From IMG/VR virus record IMGVR_UViG_3300037439_000069, positions 1 to 46,104 of that record: a stretch of 46,104 bases of DNA. The stretch is one strand, 5' to 3'. Below the pieces are notes generated by a model. The model did no database searches. It was given only the letters and a program-made list of their open reading frames with translations, and was not told the DNA's origin. This stretch comes from a virus (lineage: Duplodnaviria > Caudoviricetes). How positions within the stretch are numbered: the stretch's first letter is position 1; every line of letters starts with the position of its first letter. Positions 44,275-46,104 of the stretch are shown piece after piece. The translations under genes and the position numbers were made by a program.

Positions 44275-45448
44275 GCCGCAGAACGCGACTCACAATCTGC
44301 TCGATGTCTCAGTCACCGAGCGCGGTGGATTTCGTACATGTCGTCGTCAATGGTTTTATGAGACAATTGAGAACCTGCAGCGTAAGGGCGCGCCGCCATG
44401 GCACTTTGAGTTCGGCACATGGTTCCATGAGCTCCTGGCAGGTATATACGCTGGTGAACCGTTGTCGTTTGAGGCCTTAAAAGTTGACGCCAAGCAGTGG
44501 ATCGCTGCAATGGTAGAGAAGTTTGACCCAGATGCTGAATCACATGAAGAACTTTTGGCATTGAGTGAACTTGGTATTGCAATGTACAGAGAGTACCAAG
44601 AATATGACATCGTTGCACCTGTGCAACTCGGTACACCCCTCGCAGTCGAGGGTAAATGGATCGGAAAAGCACCCGAAGAGTCGCGTCTTCCAAAAGGTTA
44701 CCCAAAAAGCGCCCAAGCAGTCCTACATGAATCAGGGCGCTTCCTCGTTCCTATTGTGCATCCTGACACAAAGGAACCTGTCGTGTACGGCGGTCCACCC
44801 CCTTGCCTATCAGCCCGGATCGACCTGCTTACGGAACGTAAGACGCCGAAGAAGGGGCTCTGGATTGTCGATCACAAAACAACGGCCTCATCCCCGAATG
44901 ATCGTGGCCTCGACTTTGACGATCAAATAACGGGGTACTGTTACGTCGTGTGGCGGTGGACGGGGGAGATCCCGCGTGGAGTAGTCTTCAACTATGCGGT
45001 CAAAAAGGTGCCAAAGGAACCTCGATACGTCCAAGCCACCAAGAAGAATCCATCAGGCTTGTCTACAGCCAAGGATCAATTGACGACGCCTGACGCTTAC
45101 CGTGAAGCGCTCAAGGATGAAGGGCTCATGATCGGTAACAAAGTCACGTCAGAATCACATGCTGATTGCCTTGCAGCGTTACTTGAACGTGGATGGGATC
45201 CATTTTTCAAACGCTTCGAGGTCATGCGTAATGAGCAAGAGTTGTTGAATTTCGAGAAGCGTCTGTTTTGGGAGTATCGCGATATGTACACAGCGTGGGA
45301 GCAGGAGGAGCTGCGCTATCCGAATCCGAAAGCTTTCTGGTGTCCGGGTTGTTCAGTGCGGGAAATTTGTCAAGCGATGGAAGATGGGTCCGACGCGGAC
45401 GACGTAATTGAAAGTCAATTCGTTATCGGGGAAGATCGTAAGGCATGA
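44243..45448 (+). CDS. PD-(D/E)xK (Cas4/RecB-like) exonuclease
   Basis: F.TCRRQW, FGT.FH, RIDL...IVDHKT, Q...Y and a C-terminal CPGC...C. Confidence 0.85.
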   Translation: MSDASLLLKIEPQNATHNLLDVSVTERGGFRTCRRQWFYETIENLQRKGAPPWHFEFGTWFHELLAGIYAGEPLSFEALKVDAKQWIAAMVEKFDPDAESHEELLALSELGIAMYREYQEYDIVAPVQLGTPLAVEGKWIGKAPEESRLPKGYPKSAQAVLHESGRFLVPIVHPDTKEPVVYGGPPPCLSARIDLLTERKTPKKGLWIVDHKTTASSPNDRGLDFDDQITGYCYVVWRWTGEIPRGVVFNYAVKKVPKEPRYVQATKKNPSGLSTAKDQLTTPDAYREALKDEGLMIGNKVTSESHADCLAALLERGWDPFFKRFEVMRNEQELLNFEKRLFWEYRDMYTAWEQEELRYPNPKAFWCPGCSVREICQAMEDGSDADDVIESQFVIGEDRKA

Positions 45449-45810
45449 AAACACGCGAAGATGTTAAAGGTGTAACTCACAAAGTTACAATTGGCAGTTT
45501 CAAAGGATTCATTACTATCAACGTAACAATTGATGGTGATCCTTTAGAAGTGTTCATCCATGATTTTGGCAAACTTGGTTCTATTATGCAAGGATGGGCA
45601 GATGCATTCGCGATCATGCTCTCTATTTACCTTCAATCGAATGGGGACATCAGTCGCCTCGCACATCGCTTTGCTCGTAAGAGTTTTGAACCTTATGGGA
45701 AAACGGACAATCCTAATATCCCGTGGTGCGATTCGTTACCCGATTACGTATTTCGGTATCTTTCATTGATATACCCCGACCTAAATTTAGGATCGATATG
45801 GATCGCATAA
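45445..45810 (+). CDS. Stand-alone TSCPD domain (class II ribonucleotide reductase C-terminal-like)
   Basis: G.ITIN...PLEVFI...K.GS...DAFA...S..LQ...FEP.G.T.NP.I..C.S..DY. Confidence 0.75.
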   Translation: MKTREDVKGVTHKVTIGSFKGFITINVTIDGDPLEVFIHDFGKLGSIMQGWADAFAIMLSIYLQSNGDISRLAHRFARKSFEPYGKTDNPNIPWCDSLPDYVFRYLSLIYPDLNLGSIWIA

Positions 45811-45986
45811 CTATACGTAAATTTTTAATGCCTATGTTTTGGGAAGACGTTTGTCGAATCGTCAACATCGTGCAGTCTGAAAAGATGCGAAAGGTTGAAA
45901 GTTCTAGCCACGGAATATCGTTCAAAGTTTATGAGGTTCCAGGCGAGATAATAAGAATAGACATACCAAGAAAGGATTTAATCTGA
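45798..45986 (+). CDS. Hypothetical protein
   Basis: AGGA RBS. Stop overlaps the start of the Sak4-like gene. Confidence 0.55.
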   Translation: MDRITIRKFLMPMFWEDVCRIVNIVQSEKMRKVESSSHGISFKVYEVPGEIIRIDIPRKDLI

Positions 45987-46104
45987 TGGAAATTACTAAC
46001 CCAGCGGCGAAGCGTCATGCGAAGATGTTGGTGTTTTCACCGCCTGGACATGGCAAGACGCATCTGCTCGGCACCGCTCAGGACGACGAGCGCACATCGC
46101 CGAT
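45978..46104. repeat. Terminal direct repeat, copy 2 (circular assembly overlap)
   Basis: Identical to 1..127. Confidence 0.95.

Noticed and set aside
44243-45448. Cas4-like nuclease as evidence for a CRISPR system
   Set aside because: No repeat-spacer array or other cas genes were seen. Such nucleases are routine partners of Sak4/SSB in phages.
45978-46104. 127-bp terminal direct repeat as a biological genome end
   Set aside because: The length equals a common assembler k-mer and the repeat cuts through coupled genes. Best explained as a circular-assembly overlap.

Overview
Apparently complete, circularly assembled genome (~45,977 bp plus a 127-bp end overlap) of a siphovirus-like tailed phage. 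The + strand arm (34080 through the end junction to 10080) carries primase-helicase, many small early genes, tRNA-Glu, an L,D-transpeptidase, RuvC-like and PD-(D/E)xK nucleases, Sak4/SSB, a 7-deazaguanine (preQ0) cluster (queD, queE, folE, queC, a DUF6378-like gene and a divergent TGT/DpdA-like gene), a UDG-fused family A DNA polymerase and an SNF2 helicase. The - strand arm (33778 to 10077) carries terminase, head, tail (with a -1 frameshifted tail chaperone) and lysis genes. I found no integrase, CI-like repressor, ParAB or protelomerase. The host is probably an actinobacterium, possibly Thermoleophilia-like (inference from protein style). The most notable signals are: (1) the deazaguanine module coupled to an atypical polymerase; (2) a symmetric control region with two perfect Gram-positive LexA boxes flanking a TATACGCGCGTATA palindrome; (3) tandem non-coding three-way-junction RNAs sharing UGAAAUGA and AUYGAGU motifs. 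All family assignments come from motif recognition by eye, not from database searches.
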